DNA from: Octopus sinensis
Taxonomy: Eukaryota
Reading direction: 5' to 3'
DNA length: 64,000 nt
Assembly (NCBI RefSeq): GCF_006345805.1
Contig: NC_043011.1
Span: forward strand, 43,474,464-43,538,463
Positions 1 to 13,689 of the stretch are shown in pieces (the first letter of the stretch is position 1; every line of letters starts with the position of its first letter). The notes beneath the pieces are model-generated. The model was not told where the DNA came from. It saw nothing but the letters and a program-made list of their open reading frames with translations, and ran no database searches. The position numbers and the translations under genes were made by a program.

Positions 1-40
1 TGCATATGTGTGTTTGTATGTATATATATATATATATATG

Positions 41-88
<48 letters not shown>

Positions 89-587
89 CATCAGAGTTGT
101 TGTGGTCTGCTCTGGTAAATATAATTTATATAACGGTGTACATGAGCTTTAGCAGATGTTTCGCGGGAGACATTTCGTTAGGTAGAGAAGAGGAAACATT
201 TTCTCCGTCAGGCAACAAAAGTTAGTCCCAAAACGCCAGACTTCTTCTTACTTCACTGCTTAGTAACTTCCACAAACTTGCAGGCTTCACTATTTATTTA
301 ATAAGTACCAGTATTATATCAGGTTCTGATTATCAAACGATTAAACGCCATACCCTGGAACAAAATTTGACCACATTCTACGTTCAAACGAAAAACGAAA
401 TGAATAAAATAAACAGGTAGATGAACATATTTCCTTAGTCCATATCAAAGGAAATTTAATAATATCATAGAAATCCGATTTTAGATATCGATGGATTCTG
501 GTGTATATTTTGAGCAATTCATTTATTGGAATGAGCACATACAATCGCACGTATATTTCTACAAACACGAACACACACACAGATATA

Positions 588-666
<79 letters not shown>

Positions 667-1493
667 TATATTATGTATGTATATACATGTATGTATATAC
701 ATGTATGTATATACATGTATGAATATATATATATGTATATATATATATATATGTATATGCATGTATGTATGTGCACACTCATGGACGCGTGTGTTTTTAC
801 TGACGCATGCGCAGACCTACAAGTTATTAAGAATGTACAGAAACGAAATTCTCGGAAAACTAAATTATTTCTTATAAAAATAGAAGAGCTGTTTCATTGT
901 TTCTTTTTTTTTTGTTTTTTTTTTTGGTTCAAAGAAAGAGTTAAACTCCTCGGGTTAAGCAATAAAGTAGATTATGCACATACAAGTACACACACGAAAG
1001 ATAACTGAAGACTCATACACATACATACGCACGCACGCACACGAACACAGACATATCTGTATGTGCTTTGACAATTACATATTTATACATACACAGGTGA
1101 ACACACTTGTACATATGCATCCATGTCATAGAGTGTACGATCTTATATGATTACAAATAAACAGACAGCAGAACATTGACTTAACAAGAAATACACATTC
1201 ACAAACATATATTCTGGTGCGTTTGCGTAAATATATGCAGATGGATGCATGCATCTGTGCGTGTATGTGTATTTAAGTGTATGCGTTTATGTGTGAGTGT
1301 GTGTGTGTGTATTTAAGTCTATGCGTTTATGTGTGTGTTTCGTTTACAAAGTGAGAGATGAACGGAAAAATAATATAGGAAAGAGGTAGGAAAAAGAAAG
1401 ACAATACAACCGCATACAACCGGCCATTATCAAACGTCCACACACACATACACACGCACATAATCAATAGACGTACACACACCCGTATATGGA

Positions 1494-1878
1494 TGGAAGC
1501 ACTCCGTCAGTTATGACGACGAGAATTCCGGTTGATCCGAATCAACGGAACAGCCTGCTCGTGAAATTAACGTGTAAGTGGCTGAGCACTCCACAGACAC
1601 GTGTACCCTTAACGTAGTTCTCGGAGATATTCAGCGTGACACAGAGAGGGACAAGGCCGGCCCTTTGAAATACAGGTACAACAGAAACAGGAAGTAAGAG
1701 TGAGAGAAAGTTGTGGTGAAAGAGTACAGCAGGGATCACCACCATCCCCTGCCGGAGCCTCGTGGAGCTTTAGGTGTTTTCGCTCAATAAACACTCACAA
1801 CGCCCGGTCTGGGAATCGAAACCGCGATCCTATGACCGCGAGTCCGCTGCCCTAACCACTGGGCCATTGCGGCTCCAC
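1494..1878 (-). mobile_element. tRNA-derived SINE family A
   Basis: Reverse complement of the 16465 and 63292 copies; head has A-box-like TGGCCCAGTGG and B-box-like GGTTTCGATTCCC. Confidence 0.85.
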
Positions 1879-2177
1879 TCTCACACACATATATACATAT
1901 ATACACATGCTTTTGAGTGTAGGCTGCAACTAAAAAATATGTTGTATTTTCGTTTTATCAAGCTTATTTTTATATTTTCAAATGACTTTCTTGCAGTTTC
2001 TTTGCAACTATGTTTCTAAATTCATCAGCAAATTTTCTCGATCTCACCTTCTGGATGAAGCTCTGTTGGTGTACGTTGTTGCAATTTTATAATAGGCGGA
2101 GCCTATTGTTAACATTTCCATTGGCATTTAAATGTTTCATAGTTAGTTTATGCGTCCTGAATCTTTCATTGTTACCG

Positions 2178-2595
2178 TTTACTCTTTACTCTCTTACTTG
2201 TTTCAGTCATTTGACTGTGGCCATGCTGGAGCACCGCCTTTTAGTTGAACAAATCGACCCCAGAGCTTATTTTTTGTAAGCCTAGTACTTATTATATCGG
2301 TCTCCTTTGCCGAACCGCCAAGTTACGGGGACATGAACACACCAGCATCGGTTGTCAAGCGATGTTAGCGGGACAAACACAGACACACAAACACATACAC
2401 ACACATACATACACATATATATACATATATACGACGGGCTTCTTTCAGTTTCCGTCTACCAAATCCACTCACAAGGCTTTGGTCGGCCCGAGGCTATAGT
2501 AGAAGACACTTGCCCAAGGTGTCACGCAGTGGGACTGAACCCGAAACCATGTATTTCGTATGAAAACTACTTACCACACAGCCACTCCTACGCCT
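2178..2595 (-). mobile_element. SINE family B (internal TA/TG microsatellite, GTAAAAGA tail)
   Basis: Reverse complement of consensus aggcgcaggagtggctgtgtggtaag...gactgaaacaagtaaaagag, seen many times in the window. Confidence 0.85.
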
Positions 2596-2804
2596 ATAAG
2601 CGATTAGTGTATTTTATCAGTGTGTATTTTTTAGAATTGCTTTATGTCAGAAGTATTGCTTTCATTATCATTGTCTCTACTATAATATATTCTTGATTGG
2701 AATATATTAGAGAGATATGTTTTCTATTTATGCTTTACTCTCTTTTTTTTTTTTGTTTTGTGTAGTGTGGTGCATTGAAATTTTTTTTGTTGTGCGTTCA
2801 GGTA

Positions 2805-3135
2805 AGGCGCATGGCTCAGTGGTTAGAGCATCAGGCTCACAATCAGGGGTAGTGTGTTCGATTGCCGGACTGGGCTGTGTGTTGCGTTTTTGAACAAAAT
2901 ACTTATATTTCACGTTGCCCCAGTTAAGTCAGCTGTGGAAATGAGTTGCGACGTCACTGGTGTCAAGCTGTATTGGCTTTTGACTTTCCTTTGGATAACA
3001 TTGGTGGCGTGGAGAGGGGAGACTGATATGCATGGGCGACTACTAGTTCTGCATAAACAGCCTTACCTAGACTTGTGCCTCGGGGGGAAACTTTCTAGGT
3101 GCAATCCCATGGTCATTCATGACTGAAGAGTGCAT
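2805..3135 (+). mobile_element. tRNA-derived SINE family D (CORE-like central block)
   Basis: Head tggctcagtggttagagc...gttcgattgcc; inverted copy at 40875-41205. Confidence 0.8.
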
Positions 3136-3986
3136 TTTCTTTTACATTTACCTGTAAATTCAGGGTTTACCAACAGAAGTGACATAACTGTTTCGTCAAT
3201 AAAACAGTTAAAGTCGTGATGTTTGCATCATTCATTCTTGCAATCTCATTTAAGAATCAGATTTTCTTTTAATCGTTTCTTCATAGACTTAATAGTTTGT
3301 GGGTAGTGATCAGAAAGTAATTTTTAATAAGTATCGTTAATTAATAATATGGTACATATTATTTAATTTTAGGGTGAAAAATTTAAAATGCGTTAAAAAA
3401 GATGGGAATAACTTAACATGTTATTAAATATAGGATCTCATTCCATCCACTTGGCTGATATAGACTGGCGAATTTGAACTCAGAACACAAAGTGCCGGAA
3501 CAAGTGTATCATGTCGTTTTGTTCCATGTCCTAATCATCGCGCTTGATAGGTACTTTGTTTATGTAATTGAAAGGGACAAAAGACGAAGTTCATCGATGC
3601 AACATTTGAATTTAACGGGAGGAGCTAAAAATCTGTGGCATTTCGTCTGTTGATTTTGTTATAATGGTATAGTAACTATGCTCAAAGCTGTCCTCAAAGT
3701 AGTGCTTTCCACAAAACACAGATGTGTAATCACGAGAAAAGTAACAGCAACATTCCACATGGTTACACAATTGATGTTTACTATAGCAAAAGTATATGAA
3801 GCTTGAAAATGTATATATATATATATAATATATATATATATATATAAGACTATGTGTGTGAGAGCGAGTGTACGTATGTCGATCTAAAAGTGATAGCAGA
3901 CATACATATGTATATGTATGTGTACATATATATATATATACATATGAGTATAAAATATATATATATATATATATATATATGAGGCA

Positions 3987-4026
<40 letters not shown>

Positions 4027-4324
4027 GTATACAAATATACACTTATGAACACGAACACACGTAGATATACATACACACGTACACACACACGCATACACGC
4101 ATACACACACACGCATACACATACATACATACATACATACATACATAACATACATACATATATAAAATTCCTCATTCAAACATAAAAGAGAGATAAATCC
4201 AAAGATGAGAGAAATAAAAGGGTCAAGCAAAGTTTTATTTTATAGATTTACGGTTTTAATAAACAAACGCTGCTGTCGCAAATATTTAGTTGGCTCCATT
4301 CGCTATCTCTCTTTCTCATTCTCA

Positions 4325-4355
<31 letters not shown>

Positions 4356-4407
4356 CCTGAGTTTCTCTCACTTCCTTCTCTCCCTTTGCATATATCCACA
4401 TTTATAA

Positions 4408-4448
<41 letters not shown>

Positions 4449-4588
4449 CATATATACTGATACACACATTCATATTGTGCACGTATACATATAAACATAA
4501 CGTCTATTTAACAGAGCGCCCCTGTGTGCGTGGATGTGTACATTTTAGTGTGTTCATATATGTGTTTATGTACATATGCACGATTAAC

Positions 4589-4646
<58 letters not shown>

Positions 4647-5135
4647 CATATATACGTTTATCAGTGTGTGTATGTTTGTGTGTGTTTGTGTGTGTGATTG
4701 TGTATTTTATTGTCTGATTATTTTTATCTGTCTAGTTTCCCAATCTATTGTCTGCTGCTGCCACCTAGATGAAGCTACTGAGGCAGAGAACTATATGAGG
4801 GCTATAATCACCATTTGATCATTGCATAATGAACGTTGGACAGGGAGAGACATTAAAGACCAAGGAAAACAGATAAAGTGAAAGAAACAAATATGAAGCG
4901 AATTACCATACTTATATGACGAATATGTGTGGTCATATATAAGGAATATTAGCGTATATATATATATATATATATTCTTTTATTTTGTGTTATAGTCTTT
5001 TACTTGTTTCAGTCATTTGACTGTGGTCATGCTGGAGCACTGCATTTAGTCGAGCAAATCGACACCAGGACTTATTCTAAGATAACAAAAGAAAGAAAAA
5101 GACCTCAATATTATGTAAATAGACGAAATTTATCT

Positions 5136-5283
5136 GTAAAATAATATGTGACAATTATTCAACAGCCAAGATAACACTCTGAGTTTCGGATAACCGAAGA
5201 GACAGTGTTGTGGATTTCCACCTCGGCATCCGAAACTCAGAGTTTTATCTTGGCTATTGAATAATTGTCACATATTATTTTAC
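5136..5283. repeat. 56-bp inverted repeat (5136-5191 / 5228-5283)
   Basis: Arms match with 2 mismatches around a 36-nt spacer. Confidence 0.9.
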
Positions 5284-5287
5284 GAAT

Positions 5288-5349
<62 letters not shown>

Positions 5350-5375
5350 ATATATATATATTATATATCATTATA

Positions 5376-5429
<54 letters not shown>

Positions 5430-5670
5430 TATCAAGTAGAGGGGTTTAATACCTCTAAGGGATAATTGAATCCAGAGTCGCTCCTGGCTATTAGCTGGGT
5501 AGGTGTGCAGTCTTTAGGAAGGTTGTACGCTAGCAAGTTATTCGGTCGTAAACCCGAGTTTAGGTTTTATAGAAGAAAATGAATAAAGTAACAATGGAAA
5601 ACTCGTAGTTTACGCTGGTATGTCTTTAATTAAATAGGTAACAAAGAAGGAAAAAGCAGAGATGAGGGTA

Positions 5671-5721
5671 GCATGTACGATCGTTTCGATTTACTGCTTT
5701 CAGTAAATCTCTTCAGAATGC
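5671..5721 (-). ncRNA. Minimal type I hammerhead ribozyme with palindromic stem III
   Basis: Minus strand reads gcatt CTGAAGA GATTTACTG(aaag)CAGTAAATC GAAA CGATCG TA| catgc. Stem II is 9 bp; the first pair of stem I is mismatched. Confidence 0.65.
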
Positions 5722-6124
5722 GAATATAGAGTGATGCATCGGTTAGGATGCGAAAATAATTGATACATATGTGATAGTAATATAAACAAATGTAGTAATT
5801 TTTACATTAAATTTTTGTTCTAACACTGGTAAATACTGGGTAGAGGTTTGCTTGTAGTAGATTGGTTAGTTTCGTTGGGTAATTAGGGCGGGGTGAGTGT
5901 TATTTAGGTGCGGGTTTCCTCGTTTAATTAAGCACATTTCTTCGAGCGTGTTTATTCCGTTGTACAGTTACTGACACCGGCGGTGTAAGTGAAGGGGGGG
6001 GGTAACTCTAGCAGGGTGAAAAGGGATCTATCTCATACCAAATATTGGGTGGTTTGAAATGTGTTATGGCTAATAATTGTCTTATTGCTAGAGTTTAGGA
6101 AGTTCTTAATGCCTAGCATTAAGC

Positions 6125-6648
6125 ATCCAGTTCTGTTCAGCATACCAGATAAAGGTGTCAGTACCAAGCAGAAAAAGAGTGGGTAGAGCGTGTCTCCCTG
6201 GAACATTCCTCTTTTAATGGGGATGGCTTTGGTTTTTATGAGTCCCTCTTTTGTTTGGAGCTGTAGCACTGTCTACTATTTATTCATAGGGTGTTTTATA
6301 TATCTTATGATTATTGGTGCTACCTTGTTCATGGCTTGTGTTTCTAGGATCCATGTGTGGGGAATACTATCAAAACCCTTTCGGTAATTGATTCAGGCCT
6401 TAGACCCATCTTCGTTCTGCGGCTGTCTTCAGTTATGGCTTTATTGATCATTAGTTGATCTTTACAGCCGTATGAGCCCTTGCAACATCCCTTCTGCTCT
6501 TCTGGAAACAGGTTATTCTCTTCCAGATGCTTACTCATTCTCTGCGATATTATTGCAGTAATGGCTTTGTAAATTGTAGGGAGACAAGTTATTGGTCTGT
6601 AATTTTGAGGATTTGCCGTTTCACTGGATTTCGGAATTATGATGGCTA
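6125..6648 (-). pseudogene. Non-LTR retrotransposon reverse transcriptase fragment (R4/Dong-like)
   Basis: CLPTIYK...EEQKGCCKGSYGCKDQLMINK...FDSIPHTWI...KRGMFQGDTLYPLFFCL, with frameshifts; runs into the N gap. Confidence 0.85.
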
Positions 6649-6748
6649 NNNNNNNNNNNNNNNNNNNNNNNNNNNNNNNNNNNNNNNNNNNNNNNNNNNN
6701 NNNNNNNNNNNNNNNNNNNNNNNNNNNNNNNNNNNNNNNNNNNNNNNN
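6649..6748. other. Assembly gap (100 N)
   Basis: Run of n. Confidence 1.
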
Positions 6749-8004
6749 TTGAAGATATTCAATAAACGCAATGCCTTCTGCATCCCAAAACCTAAAGTCA
6801 TCATCTTCCCTGCAGGTGAAACCATTTTGGCTTTCTTTGGAGGGGAGAAGGAGTGTTTCTACTACATGGTTTGTCTCATTGTTTCTGGCTCAAGGTGATG
6901 AACCTAACACTTAACCTGTCTTTGGAAACGCTCAAAGAAACTAACTGATTCTGCCTCAAGCAATGTCAGATTCTACCGTGAAGGGATCAGCCTGATGCGC
7001 TATTGATCATGTGTCAGAAGACGAGGCACCCATCAAACAAAAAAGAAAAAGAACCTTTGTCATACCAACTTCGTAACGCAGAATATTCTCAGCTCTCCAA
7101 CGTGTTGTGCCTATAGCATTCGTTATTTCATTTATTTCAATCGCCGATTATCCATCATCATGTGGTGAACACGATCAATGTTTTGGTTGGTGGTGGAAAT
7201 TGCAGGACGTCCAGGCCTTGAATCATCTTCAACACTCTCCTTTCACCTCCCATATTCAGCTGCCTCCTTTTGCACTGTTGGTAAAACTGGAGAGCTATCC
7301 TCTAATGTAGCAACCGTGTCAGCATGAATGTCGCTTGGGACTGGACCCTTCTTCTGCAGGCACTTAATAACACCACGGTACTAAATTTTGTCTATTTTCA
7401 AGAGAAGTTGCCACTAGTTACTTATGAAGTCTTCTTTGAACAGTAAGATGTCAGTTTATCTGTAAAGAAGCAATGCAGTTATTAATAAGAAGTGATGAAA
7501 CTAATGCATGCAAGAATTCACAGCTCTAGTGTCACTCCTTCATAGACATCCTACGAACTTTTCATCCGAACTTCGTAATGCAATCTTAAATGCAATACGT
7601 CTAAGAAAAATACACGATAGTCATGGTTGGAATGCATTTTATTAGAGACGTATCCATCACAGCCGAACCACAATTCCCTAAGTTGTTAATCACCATTTTG
7701 TATAAATATTAGCAATATTTATATCTATACTACATTTAACGCTCTGTGCAACAAATTACGCAATTCCCATAAGTCATCTAATGTAGATTCGACCGAAAGG
7801 AAGTATTGATATGTAACTAATGTAAAAAGATTGAGTTAATAGCCATGATAATCACGATAATGAATTCGAATAAAAAAAAACAATGAATTTTAATAAAGAC
7901 AATTTTTGCATAAGAGCACAAATTTAGTATGGATATAGACGCATATACCTTAGCGAAATGTAAGATGTGTGAGTGCGTATGTGTGTGTGTGTGTGTGTGT
8001 ATGC

Positions 8005-8048
<44 letters not shown>

Positions 8049-8356
8049 TCCTCCTCCCTCCTCCCCTCTCCTTCCTCTTCTCTCCCTCCTCCTATCTCCT
8101 CCTCCCCCTCCTCCTCTCCCCCTCTTCTCCCCCATCCTCTTTCCCCCCTCTTCTCCTCTCTCCACACTACACCACACGAACTTTACATATCACATCATAT
8201 ATACATACACACGTCCAGACCTCTCATACGCACTAATACTCTCTCATACACACACACACCCACACCCTTATGTTCGAGTAGGTCATTCAACCCTATTATC
8301 TCCCCTAATTTCGCTCTCGCGTCTCATTTGATCTTTGACTTCTGGCCGAAATCAGA

Positions 8357-8566
8357 TCGCCATGTTGATTCGTTAGTTACTGCACGCACAATTTTTTCTC
8401 TCCTTCTTTCTGTGTTTTTTTTTCTCTGTGTATCTTTCTGTTGAAGAGCGTATGCTCGAAACGTTAAAGACTTGTTTTTTTATATTTCCTGAGCGCCATA
8501 CTAATACAATTGTTTGTTGTTTTCCACCTGCCTTCGTCTTTTGTCTATTTTCATAAAGCTTCCCTA
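8357..8566 (+). mobile_element. Short Penelope-like/non-autonomous element (family E) with variant minimal HHR at 8433-8470
   Basis: Similar copies at 31020, 38831 and 62413; contains tcttt CTGTTGA AGAGCGTATGCTC GAAACGTT aaaga; abuts (TA)n. Confidence 0.6.
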
Positions 8567-8571
8567 TATAT

Positions 8572-8605
<34 letters not shown>

Positions 8606-9899
8606 ATAGATATATATTATATATATATTATATATAATATATATATATGCATATATATGTACGTATGTATGTATATATATATATGTATACATACATATAT
8701 AACTCCTTACATACATATAAGCTTCTTACCACACAGCCACGATTTAAGAGAACTCAGTGTGACCAGTAGCGTGTATTTGATCAACATAGACAAATACAGG
8801 TATATCAAATACCATGCGACATACATTCTTGGTTTCTTAGAATTGTCTTCGCCTCCATAGGATGACGTAATTAGTAAATGTCAATAAAGACATGGCATAT
8901 ATTTCTCTGCATATATATATACCATTTATTCTTTTGAATAGTATCAGTGGAAACATGTGTCGAAAGTAAAAATATTTGACTTACACCTGCGTTAAACTCC
9001 ATTTATTTATTCATATATATATATATATACATATATATAGGGAGAGAGAGAGAGAGAGATACATAGATAGAAAGATAGATTGAGAGATAGATATTGTACG
9101 TATGTTTGTATGTATACTTATATATCAACATCATGACAGCAAAACAAACAATACAGGATAATTTCAATCTTGTGTTGAAAATTTGCTCACAGTTATGTCT
9201 TCAGAATTCTTCACCTGCTATAGAGAAAAAATATTTTCCGATAGACAAAAGTGTGAGTGATGTCTTAGACTCAAGGATTATCAAATTAGTGGGATCAATT
9301 CTTCGATTTTAGAACAAATTTCTTTCAAATTAACCAAATTTCAGAATCATCAGACATTTGAATATTTTTTTTAACATAAATCATTTGTACAAGAATGTAT
9401 CCAAATTCCTCTGTAGTGCACACAACATGTATCCACGTGAAGTGGATGTCATGCAACTTTGGCGTTGATTCTTCATTACAATTAAGCTCCCAGGACCATA
9501 TTGAAGATGTAGTGAGAGAAGAATGCAGTTTATAGCATGCCAGACCGACTTTACACACCCATACACATACACACACAAGCACACACACTCACGCACACAC
9601 TCTCTCTCACACACACACACGCACACATCTTGTTCAATTATATTCTAATGGTTTAGTAGAAATGTATTATCTTTTCATTACGCATACTAAAATCCACTTC
9701 CTTGTGTACATCCACAGCTCCACAAACTAACCAAACATTCGCATACATGCTTTACACACACGCACACACACAAACACACATATAGTAAATATATGTAGAT
9801 GCGCGCGCGCGTGTGTATGTTTTTATGTAATTTTGTGTTTATGTATGCAATTGTTAATAGTGTCACCCGCATACACACCTTATAATATAACTTATAATA

Positions 9900-9927
9900 T
9901 CCATGTATATGTATATATGTATATATA

Positions 9928-10020
<93 letters not shown>

Positions 10021-10106
10021 TATACTATACATATATATATATAACATATATATATACATATATATATGGACTATATATATATAATATATATGAAATATAT
10101 ATGAAC

Positions 10107-10139
<33 letters not shown>

Positions 10140-10544
10140 ATATATATATATGAACATATATATACATATACATACATACATATATATATAATATATATAT
10201 GAACATATATATACATATACATACATACATGCATACATACATGTATATATATTATTACATATATATATATATATATGTATGTATATATATTATATGTATG
10301 TATGGTATGTATGCATGTATGTATGTATATGTATATATATGTTCATATATATATTTATATATATATATGTATGTATGTATATGTATATATATGTCATATA
10401 TATATATTTATATATGTTCATATATATATTTATATATATATTATTATATATGTATATATATGTTCATATATATTTATAATATTATATATATATATGTCCA
10501 TATATATATGTATATATGTATATGTATATATATATGTGTATATG

Positions 10545-10581
<37 letters not shown>

Positions 10582-10614
10582 TATATATGTGTGTGTTGTG
10601 TGTGTGTGTATGTA

Positions 10615-10646
<32 letters not shown>

Positions 10647-10680
10647 CATATATATACATATATACATATCTACATAAATA
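9900..10680. repeat. (TA)n / (TATG)n compound microsatellite
   Basis: Direct inspection. Confidence 0.95.
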
Positions 10681-11046
10681 TATGCATTACATGGACATCC
10701 ATTAGTATTCTTCCGCAACATTACAAATTAGATGTCGCTGAAAGCCAATCATGTATCATATATTTTAATCACTCTTTCCCTTATACTTTTTCTTCTTCCT
10801 TTCGCCTTTCGATCCCTTCCTTCTTTACTCTCTTTCTCCCCCCCCCTCTTTCTTTGTTCTCTCTCTCTTCTTTCCTTCAATCCCTTTTTTTCCCCTTCCA
10901 TCTCCCTTTTAGCCAGTCACTTCCTCTTTGCAACATCACACCAGCGCGTTTATACATTAGATTAATTCCCCGAACGCTTAACAATTCCTCAGCTCCATAT
11001 AAAATTCAGAGCAGGAAGTTAAATATTTGTATCTATTTCATTCATT

Positions 11047-11053
11047 CGTCATT

Positions 11054-11085
<32 letters not shown>

Positions 11086-11782
11086 TATCATCATCATCAT
11101 CAGCAGCATCATCATCATCATCACCATCATCATTATCGCCGTCGTCGTCGTCGTCGTCGCCATCGTTATCAATACCATAAATATCGCTATCGTGGTCATT
11201 ATTATCATCATCATTATATTTATCATTATCATTATCACTATCACCATCATCGTCATCGTCGATTTCGTTGTCGTCGTCGCCGTCATCATCATCCTCATCA
11301 TCATCATCATCAGCAGCAGCAGCATCATCATCATCATCATCATCATCATCATTTTCAACATCATCATCACCAACAACATCATAGTGGTATTCATTATCAT
11401 CATTGCATTTATCATCATCATCATCAGTCATCATCATCGACATTAGCAGCACTGTCATCATCATCACCACCACCACCACCACCATCATCATCATAATCAT
11501 GATCATCATCATTATTATCATTGTCATTGTCATCATCGTCATCATCATCATCATGGTGGTATTCATAATCATCATCATTGCACATATCTTCGTTAGCCAT
11601 CGTCGTCGACGTTCGCATCATCATCATTATTAATCATCCTCATCGTCATCATCGTCATCATCATCATCATCATCATCATCATGGTGGTATTCCTAATCAT
11701 CATCATTGCACATATCTTCGTTAGCCATCGTCGTCGACGTTCGCATCTTCATCATTATTAATCATCGTCATCGTCATCATCG

Positions 11783-11813
<31 letters not shown>

Positions 11814-11980
11814 AATTATCATCATGATGGTATTCATTATCATCATCATTGCATTTATCTTCATCAGTCATCGCCGTCGTCGTTCGCTTCATCGTCTACA
11901 CTAGCACCCCCGTCATCACCATCACATCACCACCACCAACACCACCACCATCATCACCATCGTCGTCGTCGTCGTCGTCG
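11047..11980. repeat. Degenerate (CAT/CGT/CAC)n trinucleotide tract with internal duplications
   Basis: Visible periodicity; the block atggtggtattc..aatcatcatcattgcacatatcttcgttagccatcgtcgtcgacgttcgcatc is duplicated. Confidence 0.95.
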
Positions 11981-12394
11981 TCCAACGCAGCAATACTTCT
12001 TCACCTATATCCTCTTCTCACTCTATAAAGCATAGTCCATAACTCTCGCTGGTCACTCATCCGCAGACCAATCCATTCTCCCGCTATTTGTCCTTGCTCC
12101 TGGCAAGGTCAGTACGAACATTCCATCAGACGAAATCATGAATATTTATCGATATATTTCACCACTGTGTCTTTATTCTCCTTTTAAATCTTAACCCACT
12201 CAAAGATATTATCACCTCACTCTACTTTATGACGGTACAATCTTTGATATTTCCAACATTTTATCCTTCCATGCTCATTTCCATGTAGCAATTCTAAATC
12301 AATACTTAATTATTTACTACGAAATTTATTCCCTTTCTCACTCTTCCTCTCACTCTTTCACACACTCCACCCAGCCTCTAATTTATATAGCTCT

Positions 12395-12432
<38 letters not shown>

Positions 12433-12436
12433 ATCT

Positions 12437-12916
12437 CTTTTACTCTTTTTGTTCTTTTACTTGTTTCAGTCATTTGACTGCGGCCATGCTGGAGCACCGC
12501 CTTTAGTCGAGCAAATCGACCCCAGAACTTATTCTTTGTAAGACTAGTACTTATTCTATCGGTCTCTTTTTGTCGAACCGCTAAGTTACGGGGACATAAA
12601 CACACCAGCCAGCATCGGTTGTCAAGTGATGTTGGGGTGACAAACACAGACACACAAACATACACACACACACACACACACACACACCACACACACACAT
12701 ATATATATATATAATATATATATATAATATATATATATATATACATATATACGGCGGGCTTCTTTCAGTGTCTGTCTACCAAATCCACTCACAAGGCTTT
12801 GGTCGGCCCGAGGCTATAGTAGAAGACACTTACCCAAGGTGCTACGCGGTGGGACTGAACCCGGAACCACGTGGTTGGTAAGCAAACTACTTACCACACA
12901 GCCACTCTTACGCCTA
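12437..12916 (-). mobile_element. SINE family B
   Basis: Full-length copy. Confidence 0.85.
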
Positions 12917-13620
12917 TCTATCTATTTATTCATCTATCACTATCTCTCTAACTCTCTCGTGCTTTCTTGTCTATCGTTTCCCGTTTTACTATTGACCTAA
13001 CAATGGACACTCTCAGCCTCACCATATTATGTGATTATACTTGCTTTCATATTTTTATTTCATAGCCTCCTACTTCTGTCCCTTTAGTAACTCTCCTCTA
13101 TTTCATCTCCTTTAATCCTATCTGTTGAAGCCTTAACTTCCTCTTGTTATTCTCTCAGTATGTGGATAACCAAGGAAAAGCTCTCTTCACTAACAATGTT
13201 TATTACATGCAACCAGGTGTAACATTTGAAATATTTCATTGACATAATGTAATAATAGTAACATGCTATTGTACCACGGAAATTTGATGAACTAGCTCAC
13301 TTGAAAATCAGATGACTTCTCAGCGAACATCATGTGTGAAGATTTAAATTTCGATCAATAATCAGTAAGGGACTAAATCATTTTAGAATTGCTTTATTCT
13401 ATTATAGGTAGTTTTCTAGCGCTGTTCGGTTAAACACCTACACACACACATACATACGCATGCATATATATATTCAGTGACAATTATAATTCTCTTTTTT
13501 TTTTGGTGAAACATTGCAAACTGTTATTTATATTAATTTTATATATACACATTAGCGAATCGCTAAACTATCCAATAATTTGGATGACGAAAATATAAAT
13601 ATAAACAGTAATACAGAACA

Positions 13621-13689
13621 ATCGAGCGGTCTTAGCTGATGAGGCAACAGATATTGCCGAAACTGACGTCAGTATTAAGAATTCTCGAT
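13621..13689 (+). ncRNA. Type I hammerhead ribozyme, canonical core
   Basis: atcgag-cgg-tcttag CTGATGA GGCAA(cagata)TTGCC GAAA CTG(acgt)CAG TA| ttaaga-att-ctcgat. All core nucleotides and three stems are present; predicted cleavage after A13674. Confidence 0.88.

Noticed and set aside
1997-2070. Possible exon (ttgcag acceptor; FFATMFLNSSANFLDLTFWMKLCW; gtacgt donor)
   Set aside because: No recognisable cyclase motif, and its end phase does not match the phase 0 start of exon 14107.
11027-12035. Poly-Ile/Met/Asp/His ORFs
   Set aside because: Translations of a (CAT)n tract.
13159-13216. Possible small exon after a strong pyrimidine tract (tctctcag ... CAG|GTGTAA)
   Set aside because: Weak donor, and no translation resembles the expected TM segment.
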